NCBI GenBank assembly: GCA_001179505.1
Contig: CDMY01000947.1
Coordinates: 1 to 64,000, forward strand
Source: Vitrella brassicaformis CCMP3155
Lineage: Eukaryota > Protista > Chromerida
DNA length: 64,000 nucleotides
Direction of reading: 5' to 3'
In this document: positions 27,443 through 40,532 of the stretch, piece by piece
Position numbering within the stretch: position 1 is the first letter of the stretch
How the letters are laid out: each line of letters starts with the position of its first letter
The notes under the pieces: model-generated
Seen by the model: only the letters and a program-made list of their open reading frames with translations
Told to the model about the DNA's origin: nothing
The model's database searches: none
Made by a program: the position numbers and the translations under genes

Positions 27443-29346
27443 ATGCGGCCCCCGCCTGTGCCTGGAGGGCTGCCATCCATCCCAGACGAAGAGTCAGATC
27501 AAGCGCCAAAAACAAATTCATCGCATCCATATAGGTGTGCGAGGGTTCATGTATCGTTCAGTCTTTCTGCTCTGCCATGCATCCCTCTGCTCTCATCTCC
27601 TCTGATCTCGTGTGTGTGTGTGGCAGATCTGCGGCGAGTGAGGAGCCCCTGCCATCGTGGGAACAGTATTGGCAGTCGTGCCGTGACATTGCCATCAACG
27701 ACACTGACGTAAGCACCGCACTCGTCTGCATAGCCCACCAGCCTGACCTGTCTGTGTCTGTCTGTCTGTCTGTGTTCAGACCTTTCGCGTCTATCGCACC
27801 GGCACGCGGGGTCCCCTCGTCTTCTGTCTGCATGGTGGAGGCCACTCGTCACTCAGCTGGAGCTTTGTGGCGGTGAGCAGCGACGATTGCAGACACACAG
27901 ATCGCATCGGCAGCATGGCGGCTTGGCGTGGTTGTTTGCTGTTTGCAGGAGAGGGTTCGTGAGAGTGTGCGGCTGATTGCGTATGACTGCCGTGGACACG
28001 GCAGCACGGTGTGCGCTGACGAGGACGACTTCAGCGCCGACCGACTGGTGCAGGACGCACTCGCCCTCATACAGAAGGTGGGTATGTCTGCAAGCCAATC
28101 CAATCCAATCCAATCCACGCCACACTTCACGGAAAGCTGTAGACGATTGGAATCCCATGCTCTGTGTGTGTGTGTGTGTGTGTGTGTGACTGCCAGGTGT
28201 TTGATGAGGTGTGTGAGAGTGAGCCCGCCCCGGCAGAGCCCCCCAAGCCCCTCCCCATCAAGCTGCCGCCCCAAAAGGGACCGGACATCGTCCTCGTCGG
28301 CCACAGGTGGGCTTGTAAGACGTGCTTGCAGTTCTATTCAACGATTGATTGATGTGGTTGTCTGTTCGCTGCGCTCTGGTCAGCATGGGTGGGGCGATAG
28401 CGGTGCGGACAGCCGCTTCAGGGCGGGTGCCCAACCTCAAGGGGCTCGTAGTCGTCGATGTGGTCGAAGGTGCGTCAAGACGGATAAATGGATGGATGGA
28501 TGGATGGCTGGATGGATGGCTCACTGCGCTCACTCATGCGTTTTATGTGGTGCAGGCACAGCACTTGAGGCGCTGCCGCACATGCGTGGGGTGGTGGAGA
28601 GGATGCCATCGTCATTCGCTTCGCCCCACGAGGCCGTCGAATGGGCCGTCAGCTCAAGTACGTCAATCAGAGAGCCTGCATGCCCTGGTAACGCCTCCCC
28701 CGTCTGTGTGTGCGTCCATGTGCAATCAGGGACGTTGCTGAATCGAGATTCGGCGAGGATATCTGTGCCTTCGCAGCTGGTGCAGCGAGATGACCGATGG
28801 TCAGACAGGCACACACAGCCAACACTGTCATATGTGTGTGTGTGTTTGTGTGTGTGCAGGGTGTGGCGGTGCGACTTGATGAAGACGGCCGGGTTCTGGG
28901 ATGGCTGGTTCAGGGGCCTGTCAGGCCTCTTCCTGCAATCGAGATGCGTCAAACTGCTGCTGCTTGCCGGTACGACTGACACACGGTACACCTGCACAGC
29001 TCAGCTCTCGTGTGTCATTTCCGAATGAATGTGCGTGTGTCATGTTGTCTTCCGATCAGGGCAGGACACTTTGGACAAGGAGCTCATGATTGCCCAAATG
29101 CAGGGTAAGCGGATCATTCACACACACGTGTGGGATCGGTGCGTGTCGTGCGTATGTGTTCCACAGGCAAGTTCCAGCTGAAGCTCATCCGCAGCGGTCA
29201 TGTCATTGAGGTGGGTGGGTGGGTGATCGAGAGAAGTGTTCACGTGTTGGTGGCCTACTTGTCGTGTGTGTTGACCACAGGAGGACCGGCCCGAGCAGGT
29301 GGCTGACGCATTGGTCGAATTCGTCACGAGGTTCAAGATGCGATGA
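27443..29346 (+). CDS. PPME1: Protein phosphatase methylesterase 1 (alpha/beta hydrolase), multi-exon
   Basis: Exons encode FCLHGGGHSSLSW, AYDCRGHGST, LVGHSMGGAIAV, LVVVDVVEGTALEAL, FWDGWFRGLSGLFL, KLLLLAGQDTLDKELMIAQMQGKFQL and GHVIEEDRPEQVA. Confidence 0.96.
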
Positions 29347-30341
29347 CGCATGCGTCTATGCAGCAGCTGGCAGAGGATAGTATAGACGTTTAGACTGCGA
29401 CACAGAGAGACGGACGCTCGGATCGGACGTTTGTCACATGTTTATGTAAAATCTGCAGATACGTGTGTCTGTCGATTGAACGAGGGACGGGCTGAGATGG
29501 ATGATGTCTCTTTGAGGTCTCTGTCTCTCTCTCTCCCCGCTCCTCTCTGCGCTCATTGAAATGCCTCGTCCATCGTCATCAGTCCAGACGACACAAGGCA
29601 TGGCACTCACGCACGCAGCAGCACCTACACACGTCACACAGACATTGCATGCATTGCACCCACCCACACGCACCCCCGACACACAGCAGCAGCCGAAAAA
29701 ACTAAGAGAAAATCCGGCTGGCCAAGAGTGTGTGTGTGTCCCGCAAGCACCCATCCCCACCCTACAAACCCCTCCCCTGGTCACATTGCATTCCATCCAT
29801 CCATCCATCTATCCCTTGTCTGATCAGCGGGACACCAGCGGCACACTGACGCATCATGTCACATTGCTTTCTCTTCCCGCTGCGCTACGCACAACGCCTT
29901 CGACAACTCGGTCGCACAAACGAGGAGTCTGCTCAGCTGTGCCATCGAGCTATGCAAGACAGCGAACGCAGCGCAGCTAGGAAGGGTAAAGAGATCGAGC
30001 AGCGTCACGTGAAATGCGTACGAGCACAAAGAGGCCATTCCATGTGGCTGCTTCGTGTGTTCACGTCTCGTGCTGGGTGACCGAACGGTAAGGGCATCCA
30101 CACGTGCCAGTGAGGATGGTCGGTCCAGAGGGCACCCAACACCAGACGTCAACACACTCCGCATACACGACATGGAGCCGACCTGAAGCACGGAAAGTCC
30201 CATATATCCATCTTCTCACACCAACCGTCAGTCAGAAAGGCACTCATTCATCCACATGTCTGTCAAACAAAATCACGGGTACACAGGTACGTCACGTACA
30301 CACATGGATAAACACACTCGACACGCCACTCGTCTGTCTGT

Positions 30342-31347
30342 CTATCGTCGTGCGGCCCGGAGGTAGGCCACCATCGTGTCGGCGTCGGACACCTCGTAAG
30401 GATCGTCGGGAGCGTTGTCTTGGAAGCCTGCACACATTCACACACACACACACACACACACGAGAAGGAGAGAGAGATCTGTGCAGTGACCGGTGCCCCC
30501 TGCTCTCAAGTCGGTTAACCGCTCTGACTGACCTGGTTCGACGAACAGTTTTTCGATGACGCCGTCGTTGACGACCATTGCGTACCGCCATGACCGCTTG
30601 CCGAAGCCCAGGTTGTCCTTGTCCACCAGCATGCCCATGCCCTCAGTGAACTTGCCGCTCCCGTCAGGAATCAGCTTGATCGCGCCAATCTGATTCACCA
30701 CCCATCCAACCAACGGACACACAGCAACATCCATCCATCCATCCACGCATCGTTCCACTTAGGCCTCTCACGTTTTGCGCCTTCTTCCAGGCGTTCATGA
30801 CGAATGCGTCGTTGACAGAGAGGCAGTAGACCTCGTCGACGCCCAGGCCCTTGATCTCCTGGTACAGCTCCTCATAGCGCGGCAAGTGGGCAGACGAGCA
30901 CGTGGGCGTGAAGGCGCCCGGCAGGCTGAAGATCACCACGCGCTTGCCGCGGAACACCTGCATCACATCACATCACATCACATGACCCACGGTCAGTCAA
31001 GTCGAGACACAAATGCGCCATTCTCATCCCGCCAGCATAGGTCTCTCACTCCCGTGATGCCCCTGCCTGTCAGCCAGCCAGCGCACCGCATCGAAGGTCA
31101 TCTCAGACCAGATGTAGGGGTTGGGCTTGCCGTCGGCAGTCGTGTAGGTGGACCCCATGTACTGGCGGATGGGCCATGACACCTGCGGCACCATGGAGCC
31201 CTCCCGCAGCTGGGCCATCTGCAGCTGCGTCATGCCGCGCATCGGGGGAGTCATCTGACGCAGTGACAGCCGCGATGAGGGGACGACAAAGGCCGAGGCG
31301 GCGACGGCCAGCGCCAGGGCAACGAGCATGGACAGAGCGGACTTCAT
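30342..31347 (-). CDS. Type II/Prx5-family peroxiredoxin with bipartite plastid-targeting leader, 4 exons
   Basis: Signal peptide ending [10 protein letters not shown], followed by a Ser/Arg/Met-rich transit region. Catalytic [39 protein letters not shown] and [12 protein letters not shown]. Ends [15 protein letters not shown]. Confidence 0.95.
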
Positions 31348-31421
31348 TGTCAGACAACAGATCTGTGAGCCTTCAAGACCCTCACCAATCAGTTTGCGAT
31401 GCTCGGTTTCGCGGAAAGGTT

Positions 31422-31429
31422 GCGAGCTT
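31422..31429 (+). promoter_or_regulatory. GCGAGCTT motif in the 31347/31513 divergent interval
   Basis: GTTGCGAGCTTAG lies midway between the two start codons. Confidence 0.5.
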
Positions 31430-31512
31430 AGAAGTGCAGAGAGAGGAGAGGTGCTCCTGCCGGAGCTGTTGTTCGCTCAGCGTTGTGTGCCCATCATATC
31501 CCACCATACACT

Positions 31513-32910
31513 ATGCAATGGCCGACGGTGTTGAATTTGGCCACATGTGTGTCGCTGCTGTCGCTGCTCATCACGACCTACTACTACCTGAACATGCTGA
31601 CGCTGACCAAGAACCTCCAGCGCGCCAACACATTCAACGCCATACACGTCGAGTACGCCAGCCAGGAGACCCTCAACGCACTCGAAATACTCGAGGAGTT
31701 CATCGAAGGTCCCCACACAGACACACACACAGCGACAAGAAGTGATATCGAAGAAAACACTCTGTTGTGTTTTGTTTTGTGTGCGCGTGTGTCAGAGAAT
31801 GGTCGTGACAGGTACCCTCACGAGTTCCTTGACCTGAGGAAGCAGCGGGACGCATTGGGCCGCAGAGTGGACAGGGCAAGGGTGAGTGAGCCGAGTGCGA
31901 CACATGAGACAGACCATCACCCCACCCAACCCACCCGCATCGATATCGTTCTTCTGATGTCTTGTGTGTGTGTGTGTGCAGCGGCGGTTGGTGCACTGGT
32001 ATTCGCGGCTGCAGTACTTTTATCAGTTCGGCTTTCTGACCATAGAGAACCTCCGACAGTTCCCGGGCGTGGAAAGAGCGGCACACTTCATCTGTAGGCC
32101 TGCAGGGCTGCCGCACAGACAGACAGACACCGATGCGCAACACACACACACCAGCACAACACCTGTCTGTCTGCTCCTTTCCTCTGTGCGCATTTATTTG
32201 TGGCACTAGATCTGGTGGAGCCTCTGGAGTTCATCAGCCGCACGTCGACCGGCCGCGAGCAGTCGACGGTTTTCTCGTGGCTGCGCGACATATACCACAT
32301 CGACGACCACTACAAGCAGCACCGGCTGACCTCCCCCACCTGGAACTACACCTTCATCCACACCACCGTCCACTCGTCCATCCCCAACTCGCCAGACTAC
32401 AACCCTTCGGCACAGTGGAACGGCCAGCCGCTGCCCCCAGGCTGCAGCTGCATGTGCGCCCCGCAGCCACATCCCACTGCCGGCGGCGGCCATGGCCTCC
32501 CCCCTCTCTCAATGGACCACCCGCACCACCTCCCCCCTAGTGGCCTAGTGGAGACGGTGCACCCCACCGCTAATCCTCCCGCCCCGGCCAACCACGTGCC
32601 GGTTTATCAGTCTGCGTCGTCAGCGGCATCACCGCACGCAGGGCTGCACGTGCAGACGGGCGGCAGTAGTGGTGGCGGGGACCACCTGCACTCTCATTCT
32701 CACCCTCACTCGGCACACCCGGACCTTTCAAGGCACGCTGTCAATATGTCAGCATCGTCACCATCGGCGAAAGCAGAAGGGTCGCACGGGGCCGAGGCGG
32801 GGAGGAAAGGGGATGAGCCGACGACGGCAACAACACCGCCGCGAGCGGACACCACTGGCGCGCCGCCGCGACAGGCTGCCGAGCAGCCGTCTGTGCATAC
32901 CGAGCTGTGA
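31513..32910 (+). CDS. Uncharacterised N-terminally membrane-anchored protein, 4 exons
   Basis: Four exons join in phase through GT-AG introns. Hydrophobic VLNLATCVSLLSLLITTYYYL is followed by a compositionally complex helical domain and a His/Pro/Ala-rich tail. Confidence 0.75.
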
Positions 32911-34398
32911 ATGAATTGATGGGGTGGGGTGTGATGGGCGTCGGTCGTTTGTGTAAAGGGGCAGAGGGTTGCTGGGTTGTTGGGTTGGCTGCTGCTTGTG
33001 TAGAATACGGGTCGGTCGGCACGGGATAGGGAGGTAGAGACAGGTCTCCTGGCCAGGAGGGAGAGGGCCTTTTTTCGTTTTCGATTTCTACCCCTTCTCT
33101 AGGGTCAGCCTACCTAGTCCAGCTGGCTGCTGTGTGTACATCTGTATGTCCGTCAACACGACCACTACAGCCTGCCTTTTGCTCTTTTGGGGTACCTCTC
33201 CATGCCTGCCTGCCTGCCTGCCTACCTGCCTACCTGTTTTGCGTGCGTGTAATTCGGTGCTGAGAAGGAGAGAGGCGGAGATGCGGAGGGGAGGGGCGGC
33301 TGGCGCATGCCTGTCCACCAAGGGATGTGGGTGAGGCGCGCCGGACGTCTGTCTGCCGGTGAGGGAGGGAGTATAGTGAGTAAAGGAGTGGGGCGTTTTG
33401 TGGTGTGGTGTGGTGTGGTGTGGTGTGTGTCTGCGGTCATGGCAGTGCCGACATCATTGCCACACACGTGACAGCAGCAGCAGCAGCGACGGCAGCGGCA
33501 GCAGGTGATGGTGTGGTGTGTGGTGTGCCGATGGTGGGTGGATGCGCAACTCCAGTCAGGAGTCGCGAGTGCACTTAGTATTGTCTTGCTGTTTGCGGGC
33601 CCTTTCCTGTCTTTCTGCTTGTCTTGTTCCTCGCGATCTGGCGTTCAGCTCGATGAGACACGCGTGGCTGCCGACGAACGTGTTTGGCGGCTGTTGTGTA
33701 TCTTCTCGAGGTGGATGCATGGTCAGGAGACGCGAGACGAGCAGAGACAGAGAGGGGGTGGGTCGGTTCAGGGAGGAATCGACGATGGTGGTGGAGGTGG
33801 AGGTGGAGGTGGTGGTGGTGGTGGTCGGCTTGTCGTGTGGTTTCTCTTCCGATTCTCATGTGTGTAGTGTTGTTCCATCACATGCCGAGTGTGAAGGCTG
33901 GTAAGCAGCCCATGGTTGGGTGCTGCTTGGCATCGTTCCCGTTCGGCAGGAGGTGGGACAGCCTGCACACATGCATCATCGAAGGCCTGGGAGGGCTCCC
34001 AGGTGACTTGACTGACATGCAAGATGCTCTCTTACACATGGATGGATGGATGGATATCAACACATTTGTCAGTCAGAGATAGACAGTCGATCCGTCCGTC
34101 ACACACACACACACACACACAGACACAGGCGTACCATAAAACCAACAACCAATAGAGAGGAAGAACGAAACGAATTAGTTCTCTCATTACACGATGAATC
34201 AATGAGTGAATGAGTCCACACGCACACAACCAACACAAGCGCTAACCAATCAGCTAACTAGTCTATCGACCAACACACCACACCACACCACACCCACCCT
34301 CCCACCAGTCTATCTACGCCGCAGTATCACACGGAAAAAACCGAACGAACGCAGCCAAAAGACACCGTGTACACCACTGGTCGTGTCGCATCCCATCG

Positions 34399-37300
34399 CT
34401 AGCTGGGGTCGATCGAGTTGAGCCTCGTGCTGCAGTTGGGGGTCAGCTCTCCCGCCTGGCCCCCATGTCCGCTGTGCGCATGGCCGTCCAGCTGCTTCAT
34501 CTCGATGCTGCTGCTGCTGCACCCGTTCATGTGGCCATGCTGCACCACCCCGTTGTGGAGCTGCTCCCTCTCGCCCTCTTTGCCAGCAGTGTGCCTCTGC
34601 CGCCCCACAGCCGTGTTGGTGATGGACGCCGATGACGCTGAAGAGGGTTCGTCGGGAGAGACCTTGATGGCCACCGGGGAGAGGCCCTCCGGGTGGCTTC
34701 TGAGGCCGTCCAGCTGGCCAGAGGAAGAAACTGACGGTGACATAAGCAGACAGCCAGGATGATCCACAGTGTGTGCGTCGTCAACAGAGTAATAGGGGGA
34801 GGGAGGGGGGGTGGGGGCCCGCTTCTTCAGCGGCACCCAGAATGAGGCAAGAAAGGGCCTCACTGGATAGTCATATTGCTCTGCCCATGGACCAAATAGT
34901 GACACGACGGCCGACCATCCCCCCCCTCCCTCCCTCCCTCCCTCACTGTCTTGTGCACGTGTGTTGTGTCCTGTTGTGTGCTTACGCGGTGAGTATTGAG
35001 CCTTGCCGACGTGCGTCATAGGGATACCTATCCCGCGCTGGTCGAGCGAGGTGCACCCTGTGGTTGGGATCATCTTGAGGATGAAGGGGGTCAGCAGGAG
35101 GCTCATGGCTGCGGTGCCGATGAGCAGCAGGTACACTTGCCGCGAGATGAGGGCCAGCGCCCAGCCCTTGCCAGCCAACACGAAGGCAAACTCACCTATG
35201 TGCTGACACAGAGAGAGAGGGAGAGACATGTGAGTGGATGTGCGTGTGTGGGTGTGGGAGAGTGCTCACGGCGAGTGTCAGGGCGACTCGCCATGCCTTC
35301 AGGATTGTCAGGTCTGCCAGCAGCAGCTGCGACGTCACGCACACAAAGAGGCATACATCGGCTGTGCGTCCCGCAGGGCCGTCCGTGTGTCTCTCCCGCA
35401 CTCACCAGTGGGGTGATGATGACGGCCTTGGCGACGAATATGGCGGCCAGCACCCCGAGGATGGAGGGCATATTGTCCCACATAAACAGCGGGTCAATCG
35501 CCTACACGTTCACACACACACACAGTCGCACACAGTCGCATCCATGTCTGAAGTGCCCACCAGTCCGATGCAGGCGAAGAACATGGCGCCGAAGACGTCC
35601 TTGAGCGGCTCCACCAGCTCCTCGGTCTCGTGCAGCAGACCGCTCGGAAGCTGACATACACACGAATGGCACCACACAACACAACACAACACAAAACGGT
35701 CTCTTCGTCTGCAATTATGCGGCCTGTGTGTGTGGGTCTGTGTGTGCACCTGTGTGAGCATAACCCCCGCCACGAAGGAGCCCATCTCCAGGGAGAGACC
35801 CAAGACTGACAGACACACCGCACCGCTCACAGGTCACGATGCTGTGCTGTCTCTGCGCTGTGTGTCTCGTGAGTGAGTGGCTTAGTTGGGTGGGTGCCTA
35901 CTGTCGGTGAGAGCGGCCACCCCAAGCGCAAAACTAACGTTGCCTGATCATCATAATGACGGCAGACACAAAACACTCGAGAGAATAGTCGGTGCGGCGT
36001 ATCACTGACTGGCTCACCCAGAAGGTAGAGCTCCTTGCTCTTCATCTTGGAGACCAGGATGAACAGGGGCGGGTTCGTGAAAACCGCAGCCAACGACGCC
36101 ACTGCAAGAGGGAGCGGAGGGGAGAGAAGGACGGATGCATTGCAACGACTTGTATGAGTTTGCAGGCAGGCAGGCAGGCAGGCAAGTCTTCCTTACCGAC
36201 AGCATATGCCGCCAGCATCACCAGTGGCTCGCTCAGCTTCATCAGTATCTGCACACAGACAGGCACAGACACGCAGTGCCATCAGACGCCTCCTCGTGGG
36301 TGGTGGGAATTTCAGACATACGGCGTGCATACCCTTGTGAAAGTGACTTGTGTCTCGCCGAGGCTCGGCAGCACGGCCAGCATGACGCCCAGCATCACGT
36401 CCTGGATGATCAGTATCCCCACAGTCGCCTGGCCCTCTACCGTCTGAGACGAATCACGAAAAGTGGACACACCACCCACACACACAAGGGTGTGTTTGGC
36501 TTCTGGGTGGGTGTCTCGCCGGCGGCTCCTCACTCACCTCTAGAATGCCTTTCTGGGAGAGATCCTTGACACACACGGCCGTCGAAGACATCGACACAAA
36601 CGCACCCACAAACAGACCTGCACACAACACAACACATGGATACGATACGTGTGTTGGAGGCCATTCATGGTTGGTTCGCGCATCGGGACCCTCACCTTCC
36701 CTGACGGAGGTGCCCATGGCCACAGCGATGCCGGCGAAAAACGCCAGAAGGAAAAACAGCGATATGATGCCGCCGTTGATGGCCGCCTTCTTCACTCGAC
36801 GCACCTTCCTCGGGTGAAACTCCAGACCTGAATGAAGATCATCCAACCATGTGACTCCCATCCCCTGTGTGTGTTGGGGGGAGGTGGGGGTGACACTCAC
36901 TTACCGAGTGAGAAAAGGAGGAAGCAGGCGCCCAGCTGTCCCACCGAGTCCACCTGTATGATCTGGTCGATGAGATTGAGGCACCCTGGTCCGACGATCA
37001 TGCCGGCGGCGAGGAACCCCAGAACCACCGGCTGACGCACGAGGGCCGACACGATGCCGCCCAAGGAGGCAGCGGCGATGAGGATGACCACATCCATGAT
37101 CAGCCGAAAGTCCTCTCGATAGCCGGAGGAGTTCTTGGGCTTCGACAGCACATACTGGTTCTCCTGAGCGCCCAGAAAGACAGAGAGCGAAGTGGTGCGT
37201 GGTCTCTCTGGGCGGCTAGAGCTGTGGGGTATATGTGACCTTAGAGTCGATGAGGTGAACGGACATGGGGTCCGCTTTCGCCTTGTCAGTTGCGGCGCCG

Positions 37301-39629
37301 CCCTCCGATGAGCCGCCGGCGGTGAGGTGGGGGTGCTCTTGACTGATGACCTTGACCGTCTGTTTCGTGTCGCTCTCCTGCACACACACACACACACACA
37401 GACACACACACACACGCACGTACACACATCCATTCACCAATGCAACACACAACGGTCAGAGATCCATCCGGCAAGGCGTGTTGGTTGGGTGTCATCGACT
37501 GACCTCGCTGTCATCGTCTTGTTCGGGTGCTGCTGCCACAGGCCGCTCCTTCACTTTAGCCACGTCACCAAACAGAGTCGTCTCCTCTGCACCGCAGCGG
37601 AACGACACACAGGCAGATAGGCAGGTGCCGAGCTATGATGGCCGGGTTTGATTTCCGTGGTCGTTTGGTCTGTCTGTTTGTCGCTGCCGACCTTCGAAGG
37701 TGAAGTTGGGTGGCGTTTCGCAGTTGCAGCCGTGGTACTGCTGGCCGTTCATCGATATGAAGATCTCCACCTCTGCAGAGCAAACAAAATGCAGCCAGCC
37801 ATGCAGCCCAGAAAAGCAGCATTCTCCCCCTCCTCTCCCTCCTGTCTGTGTCCTCTCCCTCCTCTTTCTCCCATCCCCCCACTGACTTTCTTTCCGCCTC
37901 CACACGGGGCTCTCGCACACCACTGCCGGCACCAAAGGCGCGTCAGGCGACCCCTCCTCGCTCTTCACCTCTTCACGCGATGATGATGACGCCGCCTCGT
38001 CACCAGAGCTGCCGTTGTCTGTCGAATCCTCCATCGCACCACCGCCAGCACCCACCCCGGTCCCCTCTCTGGGCGCAGCGCCCCCTGAAGCATCGACCGG
38101 TGCAGCATCGGCCGACTGATCAGATGATCCCGTGTCGGCTGCTGCTGCTGCCGCGGGTGCTTGGGGTGCCTTGACATCTGCCTGTGTGTCTGCTTCGGGT
38201 GCAGACTGCTGCGGCTGTTTGGGGGGCTGGGGAGGGGTGAGGGTCTGTGTTGTGGGTGGGGACAGCAGACAGGCATGGCATGGCATGCAGTGCAGAGGGG
38301 GTGAATGGATCAGATCAGGGCAAGTTGACTGACTGTTGTGTGCTGCTCACCGCGGCAGCAGCAGCTGATGGCGCCGGGAGCATCATGAACTTGCCTGAAA
38401 GACATCGACAAAGGCGTGGGGGCAAGTCACGGCGTGGTACAAAAGTTGACTTGAGCTGGGACGGGACGCGTTGCTGACCTTCCACGGTGGTGGATGCCGA
38501 CGAGGAGACGAACTTGACTTTGATGGTGTCCGACGGGAAGATGTTGCGGCCGAACACATGGATGGTGGTGCCGCCTACAAACACACGTACACATATATAT
38601 ATCCACACATCAGTTATTCATTGACGCATTGGTGCAAGCGCCGTAGACGCACCGCACCCGAGATGAAGGCCTTTGAGGGCTGAAAGCTCTCCACAACTGG
38701 TGGCTCGAACACCTGAACCAACCGACTCACAGACAGACAGGTCGCCAGTGAGTGAATGACCAGCCAACATCTCCCTCTCCCTCTCCCCGATCATGGCGGT
38801 CGCTCGCCTTGAAGAAGAGAGTCCGCTCCTCGGCGGTCTCGACGAAGTCCTTCTGTATGTGGACGCTGACCAGGCACCCCTTGTCGCTCAGACCGCCGGG
38901 CGTCACGAACTCGATCTGCTTCTCGGTCACCTTGAGCGGCTCCACTATCCGGTACTGACCGTCGATGTTATCTAGATGCACATACAACTCATGGGCTGGG
39001 GCTGGGGCTGATGGTGGTGATGCAGCAATGGTGCCGTTGCTGTCATGTGTGGCGGAGGTGGCGTTGCCTCCTGCTGTGGCTGCTGCTGGGGGCTGTTGCT
39101 GCTGCTGTTGGTCTGCGGAGGATAGTGAGGTGGCATTGGCCGGCATTGGTGGAAGGGGTGGAGGGGCGTCTGGCTTGGCTCTGAAGCCGTACCCATGGAT
39201 CGTCACCTTGGTGCCCTGTCAGACAAGACACACACACCACACGTCCAGCATAGCATCCACCCATCTCCATGCGGCTGCATCTCTCTCGCTGCTCCTGCTC
39301 ACCCCGTCAGAGGGCCCCTGTGACGGCGTCAGGTACGACAGCTGAATCTGGGGCACTCCTGCACCAACCGCCAGCCCACCGAGGGATAGCAAAACCCGCA
39401 ACACCCCCCAGAGGCCTCGATGCGCAGCTTTCCTCCTCGCTTGCCGGGCCGATGAGGGCTGCTGAATGGACACCGCCTCATCGGGCGATGGGCAGGGAGG
39501 CTGCTGCCGGTGCTCTTTGCGCTGTGGTGCAGATGCTATGGCTCGAAATGATGACGGCTGCCTCACCCCTGATGGAGAGGAGGCCCGATCAGCACGGTTG
39601 AGAGAGGCGGCTCTTCTGGCTGTCACCAT
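34399..39629 (-). CDS. CPA2/KEA4-6-like K+/H+ antiporter with N-terminal IPT/TIG-like domains, multi-exon
   Basis: Transporter exons encode QPVVLGFLAAGMIVGPG, GACFLLFSLGLEF, GAFVSMSSTAVCVK, GILIIQDVMLG, GLSLEMGSFVAGVML, KDVFGAMFFACIG and HIGEFAFVL. Upstream exons encode YLTPSQGPSD-GTKVTIHGYGF, PVVESFQPSKAFIS-GGTTIHVFGRNI and EIFISMNGQQY. The start codon is uncertain. Confidence 0.88.
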
Positions 39630-39816
39630 GAGCCGCAGGAATGGCAAGCGCCGGGCTGCTCGTTCATCCAGTCCTCTCAGCGACCAGAAGATGACTCAAA
39701 TGCGATTCTGCTCGAATGAACGGTCTTTCAAGCTGATACGCCAAGGGTGGTATCTGTTGATGCTGAGATGCTCATCCAAATGCGTTGCAATTGCGGCATT
39801 GTCTTTGGCGTTCTCA

Positions 39817-39832
39817 GCGAGCTTGAGCTCGC
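39817..39832. promoter_or_regulatory. Palindromic pair GCGAGCT-TG-AGCTCGC in the 39629/39908 divergent interval
   Basis: GCGAGCTTGAGCTCGC read directly from the sequence. Confidence 0.5.
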
Positions 39833-39907
39833 GACCGAATGGGGACGCGGGAGGCAGCCCTCTGTGTGGATAGATAGCGTGTTGATACGTTGGGAGCAGG
39901 AAGAGTC

Positions 39908-40304
39908 ATGGAGCCGCTGGTTCGTGGCGCCACCGGGGTGGCATGCAGACGGGCGTCGCATTGTCCTCCTCATCAGCCTGAAGCAGCGGCCGCACAGCGG
40001 CGGCTGGTCAGCTTTCTGGCCCGACTGGGGCTGAGTAGGAGATCTCACGAGCCGGAGCCCTCACTGTTGCCCGACACCCCTCGTGTGGCGGTGAGTGAGG
40101 ACAAAGATCTGCCTCTCTCCTCTGGCTGCACCATGTTCATTGGCTTGCATTTTTGCGTGTGCAGGATCCCTTCTGGATCAGGGACAAAAGCATGCAGGGA
40201 GCGTTCTTGCCTGACGCGATTGAGCTGAGCTGGAACCTCGCGAAGATCAAAAGGTACACACACACACACATCATTCTTTCGCGTCGGCTCTCTCCTCTCC
40301 TCTG

Positions 40305-40336
<32 letters not shown>

Positions 40337-40483
40337 CAGGGCGTACAACAGGCTCGAGGGCGGCGTGGAGGGTCCTCGTGAGCGCCTGGAGGGCAGTGTG
40401 GACGAGATCAACAATGTGCTTATGGAGACCTTCATGCGCTTCCACATGGCCACCAAAGACATGAAAGCAAGTGGGGTAGAGGG

Positions 40484-40532
<49 letters not shown>

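Noticed and set aside
29856-30203. Overlapping small ORFs on both strands between PPME1 and the peroxiredoxin
   Set aside because: No recognisable motif, ATG context or splice support. Probably 3' UTR.
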